From: Verrucomicrobiota bacterium
Lineage (GTDB): Bacteria > Verrucomicrobiota > Verrucomicrobiia > Chthoniobacterales > UBA6821
Reading direction: 5' to 3'
Assembly: GCA_008932965.1 (NCBI GenBank)
Contig: WBXG01000064.1
Span: forward strand, 1-9,267
DNA length: 9,267 nucleotides
Below the pieces are notes generated by a model, which was given only the letters and a program-made list of their open reading frames with translations, did not search any database and had not been told where the DNA came from. This document shows, piece by piece, positions 1-7,266 of the stretch (positions are counted from its first letter, which is position 1; the number at the start of each line of letters is the position of its first letter). The translations under genes were made by a program, and so were the position numbers.

Positions 1-1629
1 TATCGTTCTTACAAACCTTGCGAAAGCTGCCATGGAGATCGCTATCAGCCAGAAACATTAAACTACCGTCTTCCACTTAAAAAACCGCTGACTCTCCCTC
101 AAATTACGTCGTTGCAAGTAAGTCGACTCATCCCCCTACTCAAGGAATTTCCAATTCCTAGTGACGACCCAGGCATCAAAATGCTCTGTCATCAAATCAT
201 CTCTCGTTTGGGTTATCTGGATGAAGTAGGACTTGGTTACCTTTCACTGGATCGTCCTACACGCTCTTTATCGGGTGGTGAAATCGCTCGTGTCAATCTG
301 ACAACATGCTTAGGTGCTTCTCTTGTAAATACCCTTTTTGTGATGGATGAACCAAGTGTTGGTCTTCATCCGCGAGATGTAACTCGATTACTTCGCATCA
401 TGCATTCACTCCGTGACAAAGGAAATACGCTCCTTGTTGTTGAACATGAAGAAGCCATTATTCGTGCAGCTGATCATATCGTTGATCTAGGTCCAGGCCG
501 TGGCAATGAGGGAGGAAAGCTCATGTACTCTGGCCCATTAACGAGCCTTGCTGGGTGTCAAGAGTCACTCACTGCCTCTTATTTGCGGGGTGAAAGTTCT
601 ATTCAAGTCCCAAAAAACAGAAAGCAACCTGAAGACTGGATCTTGATGAAGGGAATTTCTCATCACAATCTTAAAAAAATTGATGTCAAAATTCCTCTTG
701 GAGTTTTTTGTTGTGTGACTGGAGTTTCCGGTTCGGGAAAAAGTTCTCTCATTCGTGATGTGCTTTACCGCAATTTAACTTCTGCGACTCCAGAGGAAAA
801 TGAATTGATTGGTTCTTGTCGTTCTATCAAGGGAGGAGAGCACCTCAGCGATGTTGTCATGGTTGATCAGTCACCCCTCTCCCGGACTCCACGTTCCACA
901 CCAGCTCTCTATCTGGGGGTTTTTGATGCCATTCGTGATCTCTTTGGTTTTACAAAAGAGGCTATTGACGCTGGATTGAGCCCCTCTGCATTCTCTTTTA
1001 ATTCAGGGCAAGGACGTTGTGATCGTTGTTCTGGTCTTGGATTTGAAAAGATCGAAATGCAATTCTTGAGCGATCTTTTCCTACGTTGTCCCGAGTGTGA
1101 TGGACGGCGTTACCAACAACGTGTCTTAAATATTCATTATCGTGGTAAATCGATCCATGACATTCTTGAAATGACGGCACGCGATGCCATTACCTTTTTT
1201 AAAGATGAAGCTCAGGCCAAAAAAATCATTCCTCCCTTAGAACTTCTTACCGAAGTCGGCTTAGATTACCTAAAGCTTGGCCAACCAATTAATCTTCTCA
1301 GTGGTGGAGAATCTCAACGACTGAAGCTTGCTGCGCGTCTTGGAAGTCAAGAACCAGGAAATGCACTCTTGATTTTTGACGAACCAACAACGGGTCTTCA
1401 CATTGACGATATTGCAATCTTATTGAAAGTTTTTCAGCGGCTTGTTGAAGAGGGCAATAGTCTTATTATCATCGAACATCATCTTGATGTGATTAAATCT
1501 GCAGATTGGGTTATTGATATTGGGCCAGAAGCTGGTGATGAGGGAGGAAAGCTTGTTGCAGCAGGTTCTCCTGAAGAAATTGCAAATCAAAAGAATTCTC
1601 ATACTGGTCGCTATCTCTCAGAAGTGCTC
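1..1629 (+). other. UvrA repeat unit 1 (partial): end of signature domain I, Walker B of NBD-I, and a complete NBD-II with the C-terminal zinc finger
   Basis: The unit begins in the window at a CxxC zinc motif equivalent to CVVCHG of unit 2. It ends with the UvrA C-terminal-type sequence [22 protein letters not shown]. About 320-420 aa of this unit, including its first Walker A, must lie upstream. Confidence 0.8.
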
Positions 1630-4362
1630 CACGGTCGCTCTCCCCTCCTTACGGTTAAAAATAGTGAACACCGCGTTGATACAAGTTCCAAGTCGATTGA
1701 AATCCACGGAGCCCGTGAGCATAACTTAAAAAATATCACTCTCTCGATTCCTCGAGATGAAATAGTGGTTGTTACTGGATTGAGTGGTTCTGGAAAATCC
1801 ACGCTAGCTTTTGATATTCTCTTTGCGGAAGGACAACGACGCTTTTTAGACAGCATGTCTCCTTATGCTCGTCAATTTGTTCAGCAACTAGAAAAGCCGG
1901 ATGTTGATGAGATCAATGGATTGCCCCCAAGTGTCGCTATTGAGCAACGCATCACACGTGGTGGAGGAAAGTCGACTGTTGCTACAGTCACAGAAATCCA
2001 TCAGTTCCTTCGACTCCTCTATTCAAAATTAGGGGTGCAGCATTGTCCTGAATGTCAGGTCGCTGTTGCTAAAAGTTCTCTCACTGCGATTGCTGATCAA
2101 ATCGAAAAACTTCTTGAGAAAGGACCTGTTCAACTTTTTGCTCCTTTAGTGCGTTCGAAGAAAGGAATTCATTCTGAAGTAGCACGATGGGCTAGCACCC
2201 AGGGATTTACAGATTTACTTATTGATGGCGTTTTAGTTCCGGTGGAAGAATTCAAACCACTCAAACGCTTTCAAGAACATACTATTGATGTCCTTATTAC
2301 AACGCTCACCAAAAGCTCTCAAAAAGGACTTCTGGAGCTCATTCAACGTGCTGTTGATGTAGGTAAAGGAACAGCAAAAGCACGTCAAGAAAACCCCTCA
2401 GGCAAGGGAAAAAATAAGTTCTTAATACATCTTCTAAGCATGGAGATGAATTGTCCTGAGTGTGGTCGTTCCTTTGAGGACCTTGATCCTCGGCTCTTCT
2501 CATTTAATTCGCCTCATGGATGGTGCGAGCATTGTCGTGGCTTCGGTGAGATTTGGGCTGAATCAAATTCTTCGCGGGAATTTGAATCACAACTCGAAGC
2601 AGAAATCGTCGAAGAAAAATCTTTTGATCAATGTGATGAGGGTGAAACACGTTCCTGTGTTGTATGTCATGGCGAAAGACTCAATCCTGTGGCATGTGCT
2701 GTGAGAATACAGGATCTATCACTTCCAGAGCTCACTTCCCGCTCCTCGGATCGGGTTCTTGCAGAAATCAATAATTGGAAGTTTGAGGGAAGAGATCAGC
2801 TAATCGCTCGTGATATCCTTCCTGAAATCCGTCAACGACTAGAATTTTTATCACGTGTTGGACTCGACTATCTCGAGCTACACCGCTCTGCCAAAACATT
2901 GAGTGGTGGAGAATCTCAACGTATTCGCCTTGCTGCACAGCTTGGCTCTAACTTACGAGGTGTTCTCTATGTCTTAGATGAACCGACTATCGGACTCCAT
3001 CCACGTGATAACAACCGGCTATTAGATGCACTTGAAGAATTAGCAAACCATGGAAACTCTCTCGTCATTGTTGAGCACGATGAGGAGACTATGCGACGTG
3101 CTCATTCTATCATCGATTTGGGACCACAAGCAGGATCTCGAGGAGGGGAGATCGTGGCTCAAGGAACCATTGAAGAAATCATGGCGAATCCAGCATCATT
3201 GACTGGAAAATTTCTATGTAACCCTCCCGCACATCCTCTTAGAGGCTCACGCCGTTCTTTAAAAGATCTCCCTGAGTGGCTTGTACTCAAAGGTGCCTCC
3301 AAGCATAATCTTAAAAACATTGATGTTAGCTTTCCCCTTCAACGTTTAACTGCTATTTCAGGAATCAGTGGCTCTGGAAAAAGCACTCTTCTTCGCAATG
3401 TTCTTCTTCCAGCTGTTGAGGCAGCTCTTGCCCCAAAGCGTAAGAAAACAGGTTCAGAGTGTTGGACCTCATTGACTGGAACCTCCACTCTGGCTCAAGT
3501 GATTGAAGTGGATCAATCCCCCATTGGAAAAACATCTCGCTCGACCCCAGCTACCTATCTAAAAATTTTCGATACGATTCGCAATCTCTACGCCGAACTC
3601 CCCCTATCTCGTCTTCGTGGCTATAGCGCAAGTCGTTTCTCATTTAATAATCATGGTGGCCGCTGCCAAAGCTGTGAAGGTCAGGGAATGATCAAACTCG
3701 AAATGAGCTTTCTTCCTACCTCCTTTATGCCGTGCGAAGATTGTTATGGAACTCGTTTTAATCGGCAGACGCTTGAAGTAAAATATCATGGAAAATCCAT
3801 TAGTGATGTTCTTTCCATGACAGTGGAACAAGCGCTAGAATTTTTTGATGCCCATCCTAAAATCCGTCGCCCCCTCCAACTCCTTGTAGAAACTGGATTA
3901 GGCTATCTTCAATTGGGACAACCTAGCCCCACACTGAGTGGTGGAGAGGCACAGCGTATTAAATTAGTAACTCAATTAGCTCGTGGTGGAAGCGCTGATA
4001 AGCCTCGTATTCGTTCTAAAGGAAACACACTTTATATTTTAGAGGAACCAACAATAGGGCTTCACGCAGCAGATGTGGCCTTACTCCTTGATGTCCTCCA
4101 TCGTCTTGTAGATGAAGGACAGACGGTCATTGTCGTTGAACACCACCTTGATTTGTTAGCGGAAGCAGATTACATCATCGATATTGGTCCCGAAGCGGGG
4201 TATCGAGGTGGAGAGTTGGTGATTGCAGGAACCCCAGAGGAAGTCGCAGAAGATACTATAAGTCGTACAGCCCCTTTCCTAAAAGAGCTTTTGAAAAATG
4301 CAGGGACCACTCATACTTGCCTGCCTCGAGAGAAGCCTGTTAAGAAAAAGAAAAAATCATAA
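1..4362 (+). CDS. uvrA: Excinuclease ABC subunit A (UvrA), tandem-duplicated 'double UvrA' form; 5'-partial, the start lies upstream of the window
   Basis: Frame 1 is open from nt 1, with no stop before the TTG at 112 that the ORF track uses as a start. The stop is TAA at 4360-4362, giving 1453 codons in the window. The in-frame motif order is as follows. Unit 1: Zn-finger CESCHG (19-36); ABC signature LSGGEIAR (268-291) with Walker [12 protein letters not shown]; Walker [10 protein letters not shown] (721-747); Zn finger CDRC-x19-CPEC (1018-1098); signature LSGGESQR (1297-1320) with [10 protein letters not shown]. Unit 2: N-terminal-type Walker [10 protein letters not shown] (1777-1803); Cys pairs CPEC / CPEC / CEHC / CVVC; signature LSGGESQR (2899-2922) with [10 protein letters not shown]; Walker [10 protein letters not shown] (3361-3387); Zn finger CQSC-x19-CEDC (3664-3744); signature LSGGEAQR (3934-3957). 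This order and spacing match canonical UvrA (about 940 aa), present nearly twice. Confidence 0.9.
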   Translation, partial: YRSYKPCESCHGDRYQPETLNYRLPLKKPLTLPQITSLQVSRLIPLLKEFPIPSDDPGIKMLCHQIISRLGYLDEVGLGYLSLDRPTRSLSGGEIARVNLTTCLGASLVNTLFVMDEPSVGLHPRDVTRLLRIMHSLRDKGNTLLVVEHEEAIIRAADHIVDLGPGRGNEGGKLMYSGPLTSLAGCQESLTASYLRGESSIQVPKNRKQPEDWILMKGISHHNLKKIDVKIPLGVFCCVTGVSGSGKSSLIRDVLYRNLTSATPEENELIGSCRSIKGGEHLSDVVMVDQSPLSRTPRSTPALYLGVFDAIRDLFGFTKEAIDAGLSPSAFSFNSGQGRCDRCSGLGFEKIEMQFLSDLFLRCPECDGRRYQQRVLNIHYRGKSIHDILEMTARDAITFFKDEAQAKKIIPPLELLTEVGLDYLKLGQPINLLSGGESQRLKLAARLGSQEPGNALLIFDEPTTGLHIDDIAILLKVFQRLVEEGNSLIIIEHHLDVIKSADWVIDIGPEAGDEGGKLVAAGSPEEIANQKNSHTGRYLSEVLHGRSPLLTVKNSEHRVDTSSKSIEIHGAREHNLKNITLSIPRDEIVVVTGLSGSGKSTLAFDILFAEGQRRFLDSMSPYARQFVQQLEKPDVDEINGLPPSVAIEQRITRGGGKSTVATVTEIHQFLRLLYSKLGVQHCPECQVAVAKSSLTAIADQIEKLLEKGPVQLFAPLVRSKKGIHSEVARWASTQGFTDLLIDGVLVPVEEFKPLKRFQEHTIDVLITTLTKSSQKGLLELIQRAVDVGKGTAKARQENPSGKGKNKFLIHLLSMEMNCPECGRSFEDLDPRLFSFNSPHGWCEHCRGFGEIWAESNSSREFESQLEAEIVEEKSFDQCDEGETRSCVVCHGERLNPVACAVRIQDLSLPELTSRSSDRVLAEINNWKFEGRDQLIARDILPEIRQRLEFLSRVGLDYLELHRSAKTLSGGESQRIRLAAQLGSNLRGVLYVLDEPTIGLHPRDNNRLLDALEELANHGNSLVIVEHDEETMRRAHSIIDLGPQAGSRGGEIVAQGTIEEIMANPASLTGKFLCNPPAHPLRGSRRSLKDLPEWLVLKGASKHNLKNIDVSFPLQRLTAISGISGSGKSTLLRNVLLPAVEAALAPKRKKTGSECWTSLTGTSTLAQVIEVDQSPIGKTSRSTPATYLKIFDTIRNLYAELPLSRLRGYSASRFSFNNHGGRCQSCEGQGMIKLEMSFLPTSFMPCEDCYGTRFNRQTLEVKYHGKSISDVLSMTVEQALEFFDAHPKIRRPLQLLVETGLGYLQLGQPSPTLSGGEAQRIKLVTQLARGGSADKPRIRSKGNTLYILEEPTIGLHAADVALLLDVLHRLVDEGQTVIVVEHHLDLLAEADYIIDIGPEAGYRGGELVIAGTPEEVAEDTISRTAPFLKELLKNAGTTHTCLPREKPVKKKKKS
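1693..4362 (+). other. UvrA repeat unit 2 (complete, about 889 aa), joined to unit 1 by a roughly 21-aa linker ([21 protein letters not shown], nt 1630-1692)
   Basis: The unit starts with [51 protein letters not shown], which is the typical extreme N-terminus of a free-standing UvrA. Between the CPEC motifs it has a segment that aligns with the UvrB-binding domain ([15 protein letters not shown]...HTIDVLI). It then carries both ATPase modules and ends in a Lys-rich tail. Confidence 0.8.
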
Positions 4363-4382
4363 ATTGATTTTCTTATTGAATC

Positions 4383-4405
4383 AAAGAGAGTTGGATCTCT
4401 TTTTT
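4383..4405 (+). terminator. Weak candidate intrinsic terminator or attenuating hairpin downstream of uvrA
   Basis: A 7-bp stem pairs AAAGAGA (4383-4389) with TCTCTTT (4396-4402) around the loop GTTGGA, and runs into a T tract ending at 4405. Only 2 G:C pairs are present, so the stem is weak. uvrA and the ABC exporter may still be co-transcribed. Confidence 0.25.
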
Positions 4406-4430
4406 CTAGTTTTCATTGCTTCTACGTAAA

Positions 4431-6230
4431 ATGACCCTTCCTAAAACGACCTTTCCTTTTATTTTTTATTTTCTCCGTCAGCAATGGGGAAAAGTCCTTT
4501 TGGCAACTATTGCCTCTGCATTTTGGGGAATTTACAGTGCCCTTTTTCCTTATTTTTTAAAAGAGCTTATTAATATTCTAGGAACTCATCATCTCCCCAC
4601 AGCTCGTATTTATACTGCTAGCATCACTATCATTAGTCTCATTATCGGATTATGGATTGTGGCCCATATCTTGCATAATCTCCAAGGGTTCATCTTTCGA
4701 GTAGAATTCTGCGCACGTTTTCGGGCATCGATACGGGAGGCCCTTTTTAAATATGTGCAAGCCCATTCCTCCTCCTATTTTGCAACTCATTTTTCAGGTA
4801 CTATTGCTAACAAGATTTCAGACATTCCCACCAATTGTGAAACGCTCGTTAATATGATGTGCTGTGAATTTACAACAGCCCTAGTCATGGCTTTTACAAT
4901 ATTTATCACAATGTGGATGAGTCATCCTCCCTTTGCAATTTTGTTGATTGTGTGGCTCAGCCTGCATTTTGTGATTACATTCTTTTTTCTTCAAAAAGCT
5001 AATTTTCTCCTAGAGGAACATGCCAATGCTGTTACCAAAATTTCAGGAAGAATCGTCGATGTCTTTAGTAATATTTTAAATGTAAAACTTTTTGCTCGAG
5101 AAAAAAAAGAACAAGAATCCTTTCATCAGGTTCAAGTCGAGGAGATCCAAAAATCAAACCAAGCATATCTTTACTTAGAATGGACTCAGGTTGGATATAG
5201 TTTGAATCATACTTTCCTCATCGTTGGGATGCTTTTCCTTTTGATTTATGGCTGGCAGCATTCCTGGGTAACTCTTGGAGACTTTACTCAAATCATGATG
5301 CAATCCTTCTACCTTTCTGGGTGGGTCTGGTTTGTGAGCGATCAAATAAAATACTTTATTAAAAATGCAGCCACCGTGAATTCTGCCCTTTCTCTTATTC
5401 AAAAACCTCATGATATTGTCGATACTCCACATGCATTAGCACTCCAGGTTTCTCGTGGAGAGATCACTTTTGATCAAGTTCATTTTTCTTATCCGGGTCA
5501 TCACTCTGTTTTTAAAGACCTCACGGTGACCCTCAGAGCAGGTAAAAAAGTAGGACTCGTCGGTTTATCAGGTGCTGGAAAAACTACCTTTATGAATCTC
5601 CTATTACGATTGTATGAACTCCAGGGAGGAACGATTTTTATTGATGAACAATCTATTAATTCTGTCACGCAAGAGTCCTTACATCAAAATATCGCTGTGA
5701 TCCCTCAGGATGTTTCTCTTTTTCATCGATCTCTCATGGAAAATATTCGCTACGGACGCTTAGAGGCAACCGATGAGGAGGTTATTACAGCTTCTAAGCA
5801 GGCCCATTGCCACGAATTTATTCAAGAGCTCGAAGAGGCCTATGAATCTTTAGTTGGAGAGCGCGGCATTAAACTCTCTGGCGGGCAACGCCAACGGATA
5901 GCTATTGCACGAGCTCTGCTTAAGAATGCTCCTATTCTCATTTTGGATGAAGCAACCTCTTCACTGGATTCTTCTACGGAGAAAAAAATACAAGAGAGCC
6001 TTCATCTATTGATGAAAAATCGTACTACAATCGTGATTGCTCATCGGCTTTCAACCCTGGCAGCAATGGATCATATTTTAGTTTTCGATCAGGGAAGTAT
6101 CGTTGAAGATGGAACCATTCAAGAATTACTTGAGATGAGAGGCCACTTTGAAGCCCTATGGAAAATTCAGCAGCACCAAGGGGTATCCCCTGATTCTTTA
6201 TTGATGATTCCATTATCTCGCGAGAAGTGA
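4431..6230 (+). CDS. ABC exporter half-transporter (N-terminal 6-TM permease fused to a C-terminal ATPase; MsbA/multidrug-lipid exporter type)
   Basis: I place the start at ATG 4431; the in-frame TTG at 4416 used by the ORF track is the alternative. The N-terminal ~300 aa are hydrophobic with several TM-like stretches (e.g. VLLATIASAFWGIYSALFPYFL, FAILLIVWLSLHFVITFFFL). The NBD motifs are Walker A GLSGAGKTT (5562-5588), Q-loop VIPQD, signature LSGGQRQR (5874-5897), Walker B ILILDEATSSLD and H-loop IAHRLST. The stop is TGA at 6228-6230. Substrate cannot be inferred from sequence alone. Confidence 0.9.
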   Translation: MTLPKTTFPFIFYFLRQQWGKVLLATIASAFWGIYSALFPYFLKELINILGTHHLPTARIYTASITIISLIIGLWIVAHILHNLQGFIFRVEFCARFRASIREALFKYVQAHSSSYFATHFSGTIANKISDIPTNCETLVNMMCCEFTTALVMAFTIFITMWMSHPPFAILLIVWLSLHFVITFFFLQKANFLLEEHANAVTKISGRIVDVFSNILNVKLFAREKKEQESFHQVQVEEIQKSNQAYLYLEWTQVGYSLNHTFLIVGMLFLLIYGWQHSWVTLGDFTQIMMQSFYLSGWVWFVSDQIKYFIKNAATVNSALSLIQKPHDIVDTPHALALQVSRGEITFDQVHFSYPGHHSVFKDLTVTLRAGKKVGLVGLSGAGKTTFMNLLLRLYELQGGTIFIDEQSINSVTQESLHQNIAVIPQDVSLFHRSLMENIRYGRLEATDEEVITASKQAHCHEFIQELEEAYESLVGERGIKLSGGQRQRIAIARALLKNAPILILDEATSSLDSSTEKKIQESLHLLMKNRTTIVIAHRLSTLAAMDHILVFDQGSIVEDGTIQELLEMRGHFEALWKIQQHQGVSPDSLLMIPLSREK

Positions 6231-6294
6231 GATTACCTATTAAATAAAAATATACAAGTACTCCCCAAGGAGAAACCCTACCCTTTACTAGAAC

Positions 6295-7209
6295 ATGAAC
6301 ACATCTTTTGAAATTACCGTAGAGCACAGCTTTCGTGGCGAACGGCTTGATGTTTTCTTAGCACAACACCTCCCTGAGGAATCTCGCTCCTATTTACAAT
6401 CACTCATCAAACAAGGTCACGTTACCCTTCAAGGAAAAAAAGTCCGTTGTGGTGAAAAAATATCCTCTGGTGACCTCATTGTTGTTCAAAAAATTCAGAA
6501 ACAAGCTTTAGCAAAAGCATTTCCTGAAGAAATTCCTTTGAGCGTTCTTTATGAAGATGACGATTTAATTATTATTGATAAGCCAGCAGGTATGGTTGTG
6601 CATGTAGCCACAGATCATGAAAAGGGAACACTCGTCAATGCACTCCTTCATCGTTGGAATCGACCGGAGGAACTCTCTACTGGCTCGGAGTCGTACCGTC
6701 CAGGAATTGTCCATCGCCTCGATAAAGAGACGAGTGGCTGCATTATTGTTGCAAAGAATGACCAGACTCATGCAGCACTCTCTAAAGGTTTTAGCGAACG
6801 TTCGATTAAGAAAACTTATATTGCTATCGTCTCAGGAAAACCACGTCATCGTAAAGGCACCATCACCCTTTCTATTGGACGTCATCCTGTGCAACGCATG
6901 AAGATGACTGAGCGGCGTCCACCTGCGGGTCGTGAAGCAATCACCGATTATGAAGTCCTCGCCTCAACCGATAAGGAGAGCCTTGTTGCTTGCTTCCCTC
7001 ACACAGGCAGAATGCATCAAATTCGTGTCCACCTCCAACATTTAGGACACCCCATCGTAGGTGACCTTATTTATGGAAAAAGGGAATCTCAAATCCGTCA
7101 TCTCCTTCATGCCTGGAAGATAGAATTTATCCATCCACGCACTCATATGCTTCTTCAATGCGAAGCTCCCTTGCCCAAGGATTTTGATCTGGTTCCTTTC
7201 TCTACTTAA
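6295..7209 (+). CDS. rluD: 23S rRNA pseudouridine synthase, RluA family, RluD-like, with an N-terminal S4 RNA-binding domain
   Basis: The start cannot be extended upstream because an in-frame TAG lies at 6289-6291. There is an S4-like N-terminus (RLDVFLAQHL...SRSYLQSLIKQGHVTLQGKKV). Other family motifs are LIIIDKPAGMVVH, the catalytic motif HRLDKETSG (HRLD at 6712-6723) and GRMHQIRVHLQHLGHPIVGD. The 304-aa length is typical of RluD/RluC-type enzymes, and the exact rRNA target is not determinable here. Confidence 0.85.
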   Translation: MNTSFEITVEHSFRGERLDVFLAQHLPEESRSYLQSLIKQGHVTLQGKKVRCGEKISSGDLIVVQKIQKQALAKAFPEEIPLSVLYEDDDLIIIDKPAGMVVHVATDHEKGTLVNALLHRWNRPEELSTGSESYRPGIVHRLDKETSGCIIVAKNDQTHAALSKGFSERSIKKTYIAIVSGKPRHRKGTITLSIGRHPVQRMKMTERRPPAGREAITDYEVLASTDKESLVACFPHTGRMHQIRVHLQHLGHPIVGDLIYGKRESQIRHLLHAWKIEFIHPRTHMLLQCEAPLPKDFDLVPFST

Positions 7210-7266
7210 CCCGCATATTTCATACTGATCGTGACGAGGAGGCTGCGAGGGCTGATGGATGCTGCG

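Noticed and set aside
112-114. TTG at 112, given by the ORF track as the start of the 1416-aa ORF
   Set aside because: The same frame is open back to nt 1 and the preceding 37 codons already encode UvrA sequence (zinc motif CESCHG). The TTG is an internal Leu codon, and the real start lies upstream of the window.
1624-1626. Possible internal start (GTG) that would let unit 2 be translated as an independent, normal-size UvrA
   Set aside because: No ribosome-binding-like sequence precedes it. There is no in-frame ATG between the end of unit 1 and the Walker A of unit 2, and no stop separates the units. Nothing supports independent translation.
661-3330. Near-identical DNA motif ca(c/t)aa(t)cttaaaaa-attgatgt recurring at 661-690, 1717-1740 and 3301-3330
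   Set aside because: It is not a DNA repeat element. Each copy encodes the conserved UvrA peptide HNLKN/KIDV that precedes a Walker A, so the similarity comes from protein conservation plus codon bias.
998-3831. Short ORFs inside uvrA (998-1180 -, 1420-1602 -, 1514-1729 +, 1611-1856 -, 2462-2704 +, 3640-3831 -)
   Set aside because: All lie antisense or out of frame within a strongly supported CDS. They have low-complexity or unrecognisable products and no start-site signals, so they are typical spurious ORFs.
4416-4430. TTG at 4416 as the start of the ABC exporter
   Set aside because: An ATG lies five codons downstream in frame (4431). Neither candidate has a recognisable Shine-Dalgarno sequence, so I prefer the ATG. 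The TTG remains possible and the difference is only 5 aa.
4363-4430. Sigma-70-like promoter hexamers (TTGATT 4364-4369, TTGAAT 4376-4381, TAAAAT 4426-4431) ahead of the exporter
   Set aside because: No -35/-10 pair has appropriate spacing, and the best -10-like hexamer overlaps the start codon. AT-rich sequence gives such matches by chance.
6267-6272. AAGGAG upstream of rluD, considered as a Shine-Dalgarno sequence
   Set aside because: It lies 22 nt before the ATG at 6295, which is too far. No alternative in-frame start exists nearer to it, because a TAG sits at 6289-6291. More generally, none of the three complete starts here has an obvious SD, but three genes are too few to draw a conclusion.
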